A DNA stretch of 64,000 nucleotides, from positions 13,578,001 through 13,642,000 of the forward strand of contig OZ260663.1 of NCBI GenBank assembly GCA_965285935.1, in the 5' to 3' direction. Both the position numbers and the translations under genes were made by a program. The stretch's first letter is position 1; every line of letters starts with the position of its first letter. Under the pieces are notes generated by a model. That model ran no database searches. It was given only the letters and a program-made list of their open reading frames with translations, and was not told the DNA's origin. The DNA is from Ophelia neglecta. Lineage: Eukaryota. Shown here one piece after another: positions 50,101 to 61,063 of this stretch.

Positions 50101-52959
50101 TTAACTATTCTTTAACTATTAAGTGAGAGTTACTGGGAGTACAGAACATTAATTCCTTGCGACAACAAGTAAGTAAGCTGTCATGTGTTACGGTTGATTA
50201 GTCATGTAAAGGCAGAAGACAACGCCAAGCATACGACACCGCAATATTACGCTAAAACAAATATGTGCAGACTGGATCCATGACTATTGATTACTAGTAT
50301 TCAAGACTCCTCGGTTGGCGTTAGACCTAGTAAATATGATCCGGGCGAACCCTCCAGACAAGGAACCCCACAAACGCATACCCCAGTTTCTGTGCACTAA
50401 ATTCAATGTGTCCGCTTATCAAATGATGCCTTTTTTATCCGTTTACTTTTCAAAAAAACAAATGTTGAGGGGTTGATAATTTCATGATGCAATGACATTA
50501 CTACCGAGTTTGGCAGCAGACTGTTCTTTGATTCAGGATCAATGATTCGGCCACTGTAATTAAGCTTGGTCTTTTGACCCTTTCTGGACTTTTAACGGGA
50601 TTGTCATCTATCACAGGAAAGTCTTCACTGGCATATTCCTAGAAGTTAACAGTTAGTTACCCTGCGGCCTTCCGCGTGGTCCGTTGTTTCCGGAAGGCGA
50701 GGAGGAGACCCGTCTCCTATTAGCGGCCATGAGGTCGGTCTGGGTGTCATTTAAGACCCTTAACAAGCTGAGTCCGGAACATCACACAAGAGAAAAAAAA
50801 ACATTACTGTTAAATATCAAATCATCCGGGAGAAGCAGATCGTCGCAGTTTTTGCTACTTCCTTGTGCAGAAGATGGTTGCCGTTACATATTTGAAGCGT
50901 ATTCTTCCAGAAACATCTCATTGCATATACATTTCGTTTTTTTTTTGTTCTGTCATGTTGCTTGCAATTAATTTGCGAAAAACATTATATTCGGCTTAGT
51001 GTTGGTTTCCTATATAGGTCCAAACGAACACTTCTGCCAATAACCCGCGTCTTTAAATTTTAAAGAAAACGAACACCTATCTCAAGAACAAGAAAATATA
51101 ATGCGAGTAAAAACAATACACTCGAATAAAACGGGGCACCTGTTACTAGCTTTGCAACAGCACTAAGGGTTTGTGAATTACGGATCGTGCATAGCATCAG
51201 GTTAGAGGTTGGGGCTTGGAGTGCATAAACATGCTCTAGGTCCGTAATGTCGGCTGAAGAAAGGCATGCTATAAGCGATGTGCCCGGAAACCAGCTCGTC
51301 TAACAAATCGGTTATGTCGGAAATATTCCAAATAGAGTTCCGACAGAACGACTGAACGACCCTTACTTGTGTCTTGAAGAACCAGACCTAAGGATCACAA
51401 TAACATCAACAATAAGATTATATAACTTAAAAAAACAAGAAAAAAACGGGAGTAGTTACTCTCATATAAAGCCAAATTATTAGTAAAAAATAGTGGTACA
51501 GTACCAGTACCTATGCAGGAGACCATAGCCATTTATCGGTATAGCATTAAGTGGTCATGCCATAGACAACAAATCCATAGCATGCATATTGTACATTTCT
51601 TCTTACAGATCGGAATCTGTGTCTACATCAAGAATAACTTTGGAATCTCCAAGAACTGTTCGTAGCCGTATAATTTAAGTAGTTAATAACTGCAAGGGAT
51701 GCTAGTTGGCGTGTCAATGACATAGTCGTAGGTACGTATTCCTAGACAGTTAAAAAATAAAGAAACCGTGTTGAAAGTAATTCCTCCTAGAAAAAAAACC
51801 CGAACACCCGGTGCTAGTAAATATTACTATATTTTTATTTAAATATTCAACTCAACGGCGTCCCATATGCATTGAAATACTGATATGCAGCGACCAGTAC
51901 ACACTCTCCATAACTCGTTGTTCAAATGATGTGTTCTCTTTTTGACATCAACCTTAATTGGGTCTCTGCACACAAAATATGCTTGGGACAGTTTTAAAAC
52001 ATCAGTTGAACGTCCTCAATCCGAAGCCACTCGGTGATAGTGGGGATCTATTGACGTCGCGTAGATCGATATTAAACCAAATCTGTCTGTACTCAGGATT
52101 CAATCGACCGTTCTGCCTGTCTGTTGCTAAAGCGTGACTGCGACAAACAGAATAAGGTGTGCTGAATAAAAACTTCAGCTTGCTCCATTCACATTGCCAC
52201 GCCTGGCAGCCGGGGTTCTGTTCTGGCATCATAAAATGTCAACTACTGATTATCTTTGTTGAATGTCTCCGAACACATTATACAATAATTTCAATATGTA
52301 ATTAAATAGGGACAGTGCGCATTTCATGTCAGTGCATTAGACTTTTCATATCATTGGCATAACATTCGCAGCTCGAAAATAGCTTGACACCAAATTTACT
52401 AAGAAACTAGTTGCAATGTATAAAGGATAATGATGTCTGGGCACATGTCACGATGCAAGTTTAATACCGTATATAAAGCAGGTATCTCTGGAATAATGAG
52501 GGAATAGCGCCTAAAAATTCACTTCTATAAAATGAGTATAAATGTGGGTACATTAAATTCGATAAAAAAATGAAAAATGCCCCTTGAATGTCTACAATGT
52601 TCACTATGTCATCAAGCCAATCTGCCAATCATCAGCGGCATCTCCGTATGTTGTTTTATGTATATAGAATAGTTTGTTCCACGCGAGAGCTGTTGTTCAA
52701 GTTAACAAGGTTTGCTGTGAATAGCAATAATTCTATGCAGCAGTAAATAAATTTAAATGATAGGCTGCATGATGGATAGGCCGGTCTCATTAAATCATTT
52801 CCAACAACCAAACAATGTTTGTTGAATAATAAAAGCTAACAATTGTAATGACCAGATTGCTTATGCCATCAGTTTTCCTGAAATTCGTCATCATGCCAAT
52901 GTCACTGGTGAAAGTTGTCCACGGAGCTTTCAAGCGTTAATGAACAGGGAGACAGACAC

Positions 52960-53730
52960 AGAGACAGAGATGACTTGCCACTTGGCCATATTTTTTGACA
53001 ATCTACAAAAACATTGACAGCTGCCTGACAAAAAAAAATAGTTCTTAAAAGTTTTAACCATAACCTGCCGGGAAGTTGCGTGCTACAGTATCCCCCCGAG
53101 AGGAAGATCACGACCCACGATCCATTAACCTTTCCAGGGTCAGGCCTGCTGTCAGGTAAAGCCATCCATTAGAGTCGTGTCCGGAACCATGAAGCAAAAA
53201 GGCAAACCATTAGCTGCCACAGCGAACTGCGTTGAGAAGCTGGGCCCGGCTACTGGAAGTGGGCTTATCCCAACTTAAGAATCAAGTCCTTAAGCAGTCT
53301 TACCCTAAGCAGTGTGGTTTCGGGAAGCGGGATTTGTGATGGATACACCTTTGGTGGGTGTAAACCATTTGGTGAATTGGTATTTTCCAGAAGCACCGAT
53401 TGACGTGGGGCATGTTTCTAGGATAATGGCTACAAGCTTATCTAATTCCAAAAAGTAAGAAACTTTCCAGAAACCGGTATCTGGAGAACACGATTGTGAA
53501 AAAGACGCTGGCATGTTTGAGGCCAAAAGAAAGAGCAGTGAATGAGATACAATACCGATTGCTGGGTATTTCCTGGAGTGTTTGACCGAGCACATTTCAC
53601 GCTTGGATAATGCAGATAATTTACAAACTGTCCACAATACTGGAGTAAATTATTATGAAGAGAATGTCCTCCTTTTTGCTCCATAACTTTATCAACGGTT
53701 CCAGTGTTCTGGCACGTTCTGTTTTAGTTC
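52960..53730 (+). mobile_element. Probable highly decayed BEL/Pao LTR-retrotransposon pol (RT region) relic
   Basis: Ordered degenerate motifs across frameshifts: EEDHD, ATANC, FVMDTPLVG (cf. FYVDDxLxG, 53333), DNGYKL, PKERA..LLGISWSV (cf. ERA..LGIxW, 53559), KR.VLLFAP*LYQRF.VLA (cf. TKRxVLS..LYDPLGxLAP). Confidence 0.45.
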
Positions 53731-55971
53731 AATGTCATATATTAATATAATCATTTAGTCATATATTTGGAAACAAACGTATGACACGACAACGATGATT
53801 AGTAGTCTAATTGGATTCGAGCTGAATCGATACTCTTATCCGAGGTTACCCTCTATTCGGCCTTTGTCAGCTAAATATGTTTTACCTGTTTCTTTCCGTG
53901 ACAGGCCTTTTCATTATTTCGTGAAAAAAACCGTTGAGTCATGGCCTGCTTGGTTGACTAGTAATGAGTTTCTGTCGCCGGGCTTTGAGGCTCGAAATGT
54001 ACGTTATTTGTTTTCAAAGTTTACACTTGGTCGGCTGCAGTGCCATTCACAAGACATATCAACCGTCTTGTATCGACACAACCTGAATATTAACTTACAA
54101 TTTAAGCAGGGATGTAAACCAATACGGAAGCACCGCGTTGACACGGTGGCATCGACTTAATTAATATTAGTGGCATGTTGATCATTTTTGAAATGTAAAT
54201 GACCACTCAGATTTACTCGCACTTATCCAAGGATAGAATGCGGCATGTAAAACTGGAATTAACGTGAATGCACACTTGGTGAGGAAGCCTTGGGTACAAA
54301 ATGTGAATTCACATTCTTACCAATGAACCCAAGGTAAGGTGCCTATTTTCAAAAGGCACTTTCAAAAGCACCATCTTATGAATCCTTTCAACACATCTTG
54401 AGTAAGAAACCTATAACTGGCTTTCATTTGATAAAGGCCACATACAGTGACTTTCCGCTTTCAACCCATAAAAGCCATACAACGGGTTTCAAAAGCAGAC
54501 GACGAGACATCCTGTCAGTTATATCAAAAACGGGCGAAAAAGCAATCGTTTCATCACATAAGCATGTTTAAATATAGATTAAATTCCTCTGGCTTATTTC
54601 TCCAGCTCATCACCTCGTGAGGCAGGTCGCAGAGCTTGACTTGAACCGAGGTTAATACAGATAAGCATGGCCCTTTTATCCTTTCAATACAAAGGCCAAA
54701 ATGCCATCCTTCCTCTTTAACATATGTATTAGATACTCTTAATGCCATGCCTTTGTGACAAATGAGATGATTTCGATATTGCCAGGCTATACATGTTTGC
54801 TTCCTTTGGCCTCGTTGTTTATTGCTTTGGTCCTTAGTGTAGTACGATTTGCTTGGATTGAGGGATGCACTTTTGATCGGCTGTTTTATTTTTTTTACTG
54901 AGTGTCTGCTCCAATTTATTCATTTTCATTAGCCTCATGAAGACATTTTCACACTGTGTGCACAATTTGATTTTTCTGCTATGCAATCAAACCCCTTTAA
55001 CTGTATTCTCACCAGACTAAAACAGACAAATATTTCTGCCAAGTCAGTTTTGGGGAATCATGCCAAAGTAGGCCGAGATTGAGGTCAGAGATCGAGAAAT
55101 AGGGATCTTTAATTTTCCTGTGATTACAAATGCTGGCCTCCAGTGTTCAGTTGTGTTATGCGTGCGGTGGGGAAGTCATCAAACATATCATAAAATTTGG
55201 AACTAATGGCCTGTCTAGCCGATCTAACCACGCATGTTGATAGCCTTAAGTCATGATCAAATATGCTACCATACGTTGAGAAAGGTTTTTCGTTCGAGTC
55301 TTTTTCCACCAACGCGATGTTTATAGATCTAAGGAACAGAAGGGCTTTTTGTAAATTATAATAAGGGAAAAACAGGGAGTTAAACAGTAGTGGTATTTCA
55401 TGAGCTTTCAAAATGCGTTTACTTTCGCAAGGAGAAATTGTATGTTATGTTTGAAATCAGATGTCTTGAATAGATTTGAAACATATAACTCAACATATTT
55501 TCTAAATCAGCCAGTTACCTGCTTATTATAAATAGGTACTTTGCATGTTATGGCGGTGCTGATGGATCATACCACCACGCCATTTGCCCATTTTGAATAA
55601 GCAGAATGGATTCGAAAAGACGCTTATTGAATCAATGTTTGTAATGTGAGAGTTGCTGGGTTTTTTCTTTGAAACGTGACTTCACAAAAACAAGCACTCA
55701 GACAGTTGTTGGGATGGTATTGATTTAACGGCATAGACCATAGAATGTGTTTGATAGCCAATATCTACAATCAACAGTATTGAGGGCTGTGTTATTTGGT
55801 CATTCTAAACACTATTTTAAGGTAGCATTTGAAATCATTCACTGGTAACATTTGTCTACGATTCCGATTTTCTCGGAACCGCACAATAAATATGTCTTAA
55901 ATTTTGAACTGTAAAGCCCAGAACTGTATGACAAATGGTCGTATTGTTATTAAATCTGAAAGGAAAAGGCG

Positions 55972-56191
55972 GCTTTGTGTTAACGGCGAAAGCGAAAGCT
56001 TCGGCGAAAGCCGCATGGCCTCTTAAATTGAGCTAATATAAATACAATAATAACCCTACCCTAACCCATTTATATGAAAACAAAATTGAGATGTCTGGGT
56101 TAGGGTTGGGTAATAAAATACCTGATATTTTAGATTAGTGTGACCAATGCTGCTTTCGCAGCAGCTTTCGCTTTCGCCGTTAACACAAAGC
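55972..56191. mobile_element. MITE (non-autonomous DNA transposon), 220 bp
   Basis: Perfect 29-bp terminal inverted repeat gctttgtgttaacggcgaaagcgaaagct, imperfect extension to ~50 bp, and internal inverted accctaaccca/tgggttagggt. TSD unclear. Confidence 0.85.
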
Positions 56192-57899
56192 AGAAGAGGC
56201 TGCTCGATGAACTCCCAAAAAATATCTTGAAACAAGCTGTTTTCTTAGTTCTTCATAAATGTCTTCAGTTTTTTTAAACATTAACTGTTTACACCTGATA
56301 ATGTATTTCCCCTATCTTCGGCTATCCACTCCAGTTCGATTCTGTATCAATCGACGAATAGTTTTCCCTTATACAATGTATGGATTCATATTGAATGCAT
56401 AAATACAAAGAAACCGTGGTTTTCGTACATAAACACATCCAATGTCTGACCATTTGATTTCGACTACGATAGCGATTGGAAGGGGTCCGTATCTCTACAA
56501 CCGAGAACAAAGTTTTATTGAATTGATCATCTCCGTTACAGTGAATTGCAGATATTTCCCATTCATTGAGGTAATTCACTATAGTGATAGGCTTTATTGA
56601 CTGTATGCAATACTTTAATTGTGAAAAATATCTGATTGTCATTTGTAGGTGTATAATGGCAAGCCAGAGTCATGGATATAATAAAACCGCTAATGAATTT
56701 CCCATTTAGTCAAGTACAAAAATATGTCGAAAGATATGTGTCTGGTTTGAGAAACCACGATCGCTAGGTGCAAACGTATCGCTTTGGTAGAAAGAATGGA
56801 TCTTCTTTAGATACAAAAGGGAGCGGGCACCCATCATATAAAAAAAGGAATAGTCAACTCGGTCAGTGGTATATTTAAGACATGCACCAACCTGCAGTCA
56901 AACTAGAAATAAATTGCAGCTTAGGCCACTACATTAGCTATGGTGTAGGAGTTTGTTTTGTAAAATTGGCCCATGTCACTAACATTGTGGTGACCACGAT
57001 CAATAACTGGCAGTATTCTACGCAAATTTCAGTGTTTACTTGGAAACCCGGATTATATTGCTATTGGTGTTATTGAAGGTTCCATTTGGCTAAATAATGA
57101 ACTGGCCCAGCCCAATTTTTCGTTCGTCTTTGGTTCATTGCAGCGTCAATGTGGTAGACTCCTAACTCACGCTACATGACATATTTGCTGTAAACGGGGT
57201 GTTAAGCATAAAATCGATCTTCTAACTGGGTGGTAAAGAACTCATGGTTCGATTCATGAATACACCATGTCCCTTAAAAGGTCTTATTTATGTTGTAGAG
57301 GGGCAAAGAATGGTAAACTTAAAAATCAGACGTCTCCATTCGTGTACAGAGTGTATTTCCTACTTACAGGAATAAAAACACTTAACGCCTTTGAGATATC
57401 GTTTGTTGTCCATTTAACTGCCACGAATAAAAGAACTAATAATTTACCTTTCCTCAATCGAACCACACTTGGCTATGCCATCGTGACGAATTAATAAGAT
57501 GTATATACACTGAATGTTTGGTTGTGTACTGGACTGTTGTTTTTGATCGCGGATTCAGGAAGCCCTTTGGAGAGGGCTGTGCATCTGCTTCAAATGGATT
57601 AACTGGATTTAAAACTATTCGTTACAGAACCATAAACAGTTGCGATTCCTCATAATAATGCACATTGTAGTTAAACTGTGCATGGAAAAAAATAATCGTA
57701 TTTAATAAACAATGGCAAGTAGACATTGTCAACATTTCATGTTCCTTTGAAATACTGATATAATTATCTAATTCAAATGCGACGCACATAGTGAAAAAAT
57801 CACAGTTAAGCTTATCATTATAATAAAAGCTCAGAGTGAATGTAATCAGTTGTAAACTTAGAAACATAAAAACAGGTGTTTACAATTTTTGAACAATTG

Positions 57900-58190
57900 T
57901 TATATGATGTTTATGAAAAACCCATTAAGGTTAGGCGTTTGCTTTATAGTACAGCCAATCATGGCATCGGTGAATGCGATGCTATTTCTATCATCTATTA
58001 CTCTCCTCGTCCTGAAGGTACAACTAAAAATAATGTAGCATATCACACTAACAAATTATCCTACTTAAACAGAATCCATCAACGAGTCGCTAAGAGCATC
58101 AAAAGGTACTTCTTGAAAGAAGTCATCGCTGAAAGAATAATGTACTGCATTTAACGTCAATAACCTCAAGGATCGAACGAAAGCGCTTTT
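57900..58190 (+). mobile_element. Possible decayed CR1/L2-like LINE ORF2 C-terminal fragment
   Basis: KVRRLLYST..EC..YYSP..LNRIHQRVAKSI..ERI resembles LY.SLVR..LEY..WSP..LERVQRRATKxI..ERL. Confidence 0.4.
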
Positions 58191-60068
58191 TTCTCCGGTA
58201 CTTGGCCAATGGCGCCTGCGATGAATCAGATATTTACAATTAAGCAGAGATTCGCCCCTTAGACGAGGCGGAGCGTCTCCTCCATTCAAGGCTCATTTTA
58301 CCTTTCCGCAAGCGTGAGACAATTATATTGTACATGACCTAGCACACCAGACCAAAAAAAGACATTAGACATTGGCGTACACTACTTCTTAAACTTATGC
58401 TTAGCCCCGACTGTGCTCTATGTAATGTAGCAGTTCAGGAATGGCTATGCTATGCGTATACTTCTTCCTGGTTTGCTCATAACCCCGACCTAAAGTCCGA
58501 TTCCACGTACTGCTGGAAACGTTCAATTTGGGCAGTAGTAGACAGATTATCACAACCTTCAACCGAACTCTCTAGGATACTACTCGGTAAATAAGTGGTA
58601 ATATCCGATTTAGCGCATTAATGATGTTAAAGGGTTGATTCTTTAAAAACCAACATAACGATCATATTGCAAGTAGTTTAGTCTTGTTCATGTTTATTAT
58701 AAACACATCCTTTGTTCGTTGATGATGCTACTGTTACCCATCGCCCACAATCGCCAAAATGCCTCAATCTCCATCTAGGCATGACTCACACACACTTCAG
58801 ATATAAGATATCCATGCAACAAGCAATCACCGACCTATCGTCTAACGGTTAACGTCAAAAGTGTAGACCCCGCCTGATAAAGGATAATGATTATGCAAGA
58901 CTATTCTATGATATCTTTCTGAATTAACCAAGAACCGCCAACTTTAGGCCCAGAAACATCTGTCACCAGTTCCTAAACAATGAATAAAATAGCAGAGAAA
59001 ATTGTGCTTTCACCGGCAGTAACGGGTGTTTTAGAATTCGGCATCTGTTTACCGGTGGCATCGAGTGACAAATATTTATTTGACAAATGATAATATCTGT
59101 TTTGGTTATTGAATGCATATTGTGCGTTGCATGATGCAAATTCATTGCGCTGCTATTTTCCCAATGTTTAAAAATATGGCAATACTACTGCTGTCTGACA
59201 TTGCATAACGTACGTGATTCATCCCTGTTGACTGCCCACAGGCCTATAACTGAGAGGTATTATATCCAGCCACATTAACAATAACTGTATTACTCGATTC
59301 AATAAGTATTTCTTTGTGATATAGCAACAAAAAGAACAGCGTTAATAGGGATATGTTGTGCCAGATTGTCCTAGATGTGAGAAAGCCATGAGTCAGGGAC
59401 CCATAATGTGTTTTTATCCGCGACACAAACAATTTAGAGGTGTGATAAATTTGATTTTAATGGGTTGACCCGGGAAATTATTGAAATATGATTTTTTCAA
59501 ACCAGACAACCAATCAGAATATTTACGTTTGTTGTGTTGTATTGCCTGGATCATTTAGTGAAATTGAAGCGCAAAAAGAATATCAATATACAAGTTTTAT
59601 TATATTTTATCTGAGTCCCATTTATGCACAACACCCTAGCACCCTCCAATGAGTGGATGTGCTGTTGGATGAAGCCAATTCAGTTTAAATCAGCAGCTGA
59701 CATTGTAGCACGACACCCTTGGTGCATTACGAAATGACTCAAGTGTGGATGGTATTATTGAAACAACCCGTCTAAAACTAATGTATATAGATATATTCAG
59801 AAGCTTTGTCAGTTTGGTTCTTTGCTGCCTCCAATGCGTATGGTTGCTCACTTGTCTGGTTTTCCTGAATCCTTGGAGCGTCTGTGTGCATTTGGTTGCT
59901 CGCCTTCGGACTATCTTGTTCGCCACTGCCGTGTCACTCATAGACACAGCAGTTCTGCTATCAGCTAGGAAGCACGATGTGATATGTGGAGTTAGCTGCT
60001 TAACGACAAAGCAATAACGTTATATAGTGTATTGGATATATAACCGTTTTTTACGTCTCCACGGCGCT

Positions 60069-60141
60069 ATGCTTCATTTCCTTGATGCTGCTGTCATCCT
60101 AATAGGCATTGGTTTGATATTTTTCAATTCAGTTCAATCGG
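60069..60141 (+). CDS. Gene 3 first coding exon, signal peptide MLHFLDAAVILIGIGLIFFNSVQS; probable paralog of gene 2, remainder not found in the window
   Basis: ATG plus hydrophobic core plus consensus phase-1 donor G|GTGAGT. Same 73-nt length and MxxFLD start as gene 2 exon 1. TATA-like TATATAG/TATATAA at 60021/60037. Confidence 0.6.
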
Positions 60142-60859
60142 GTGAGTTCTTCTTAAAAATATTCCACAGAAAACTAGCTTAAATAGAAAACAACAGGCTT
60201 ATGATTTGATTTGGGAAACAACATCCATTTTAATTTTGCTCCGTCCGCACCTGCTATTTAGAATCAACTGAACCCAGGTTAAACTGACAGTTATTATATA
60301 CCTCGCTAGTCTCAATCGAAAGCAGCACAAGCCGCAAATGGAAGCCAATTTACTGTGTTTATCTGGTATTGCATTCTTATTAAATAAGAAAGAGTACTCG
60401 CCGCATCCTGAATTGCCTTATTGATAATCTGGAAAATATCAGTGCAGTGTTAGGTGAAATATAACCCGTTTATTGGTGAATGGAAAACTCCGGGACATGA
60501 AAGCTTTGCTCTGCGAAGTAAGCACGTATTATGATTCATTGATTCCCCATAAGCAAGTTTATAGCGATGGTAACAGGCATCTTTACGGTTTTGTTAATAT
60601 CGCGAGAAGCCAGAGAGTCAATTAAGCCTGATCCTCTAACTATAAACGAATCGCTCTGAATCTCGAGCCGCTCTGCCATCAGAGAAACACGTGAATGCTT
60701 GATGTCCTTTGCAACACCATTAGGAGATTCGGTACATATTTACCAGTCTGTAATCAGCAAGGCCACAATTTTTCATTTTAGATTCATAGTTGTTTTATGA
60801 TTGTCAGTATTTCTCATCTCTTACGAGACATAACATTACCATTTGTTCATTCATGTACA

Positions 60860-61063
60860 TGTCTGGCTGGTCAATGCCACCTTTCTGCATCAGGGTCCGT
60901 CATTTCTGTCGACCAAGTTGAATTTGCCTATATAATTTGTTTTGACATCCCAGACTTTATTGATGTGTGTGGTATTGAGGCTGCTGGTTCCTGATCATAT
61001 TGGACCAATTTAATGGACTGTTATTGGTCAATGATTTGGCTTTGTCTGCCGGGTATCCACTCC
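60860..61063 (-). repeat. Dispersed ancient repeat, copy C
   Basis: gaggctgctggttcctgat..aatggactgtt..aatgatttggctt..ccgggtatccactcc. Confidence 0.8.

Noticed and set aside
59690-60017. Overlapping 85-90 aa ORFs upstream of gene 3 exon 1
   Set aside because: No splice context or recognisable domain. More likely promoter or 5' UTR sequence.
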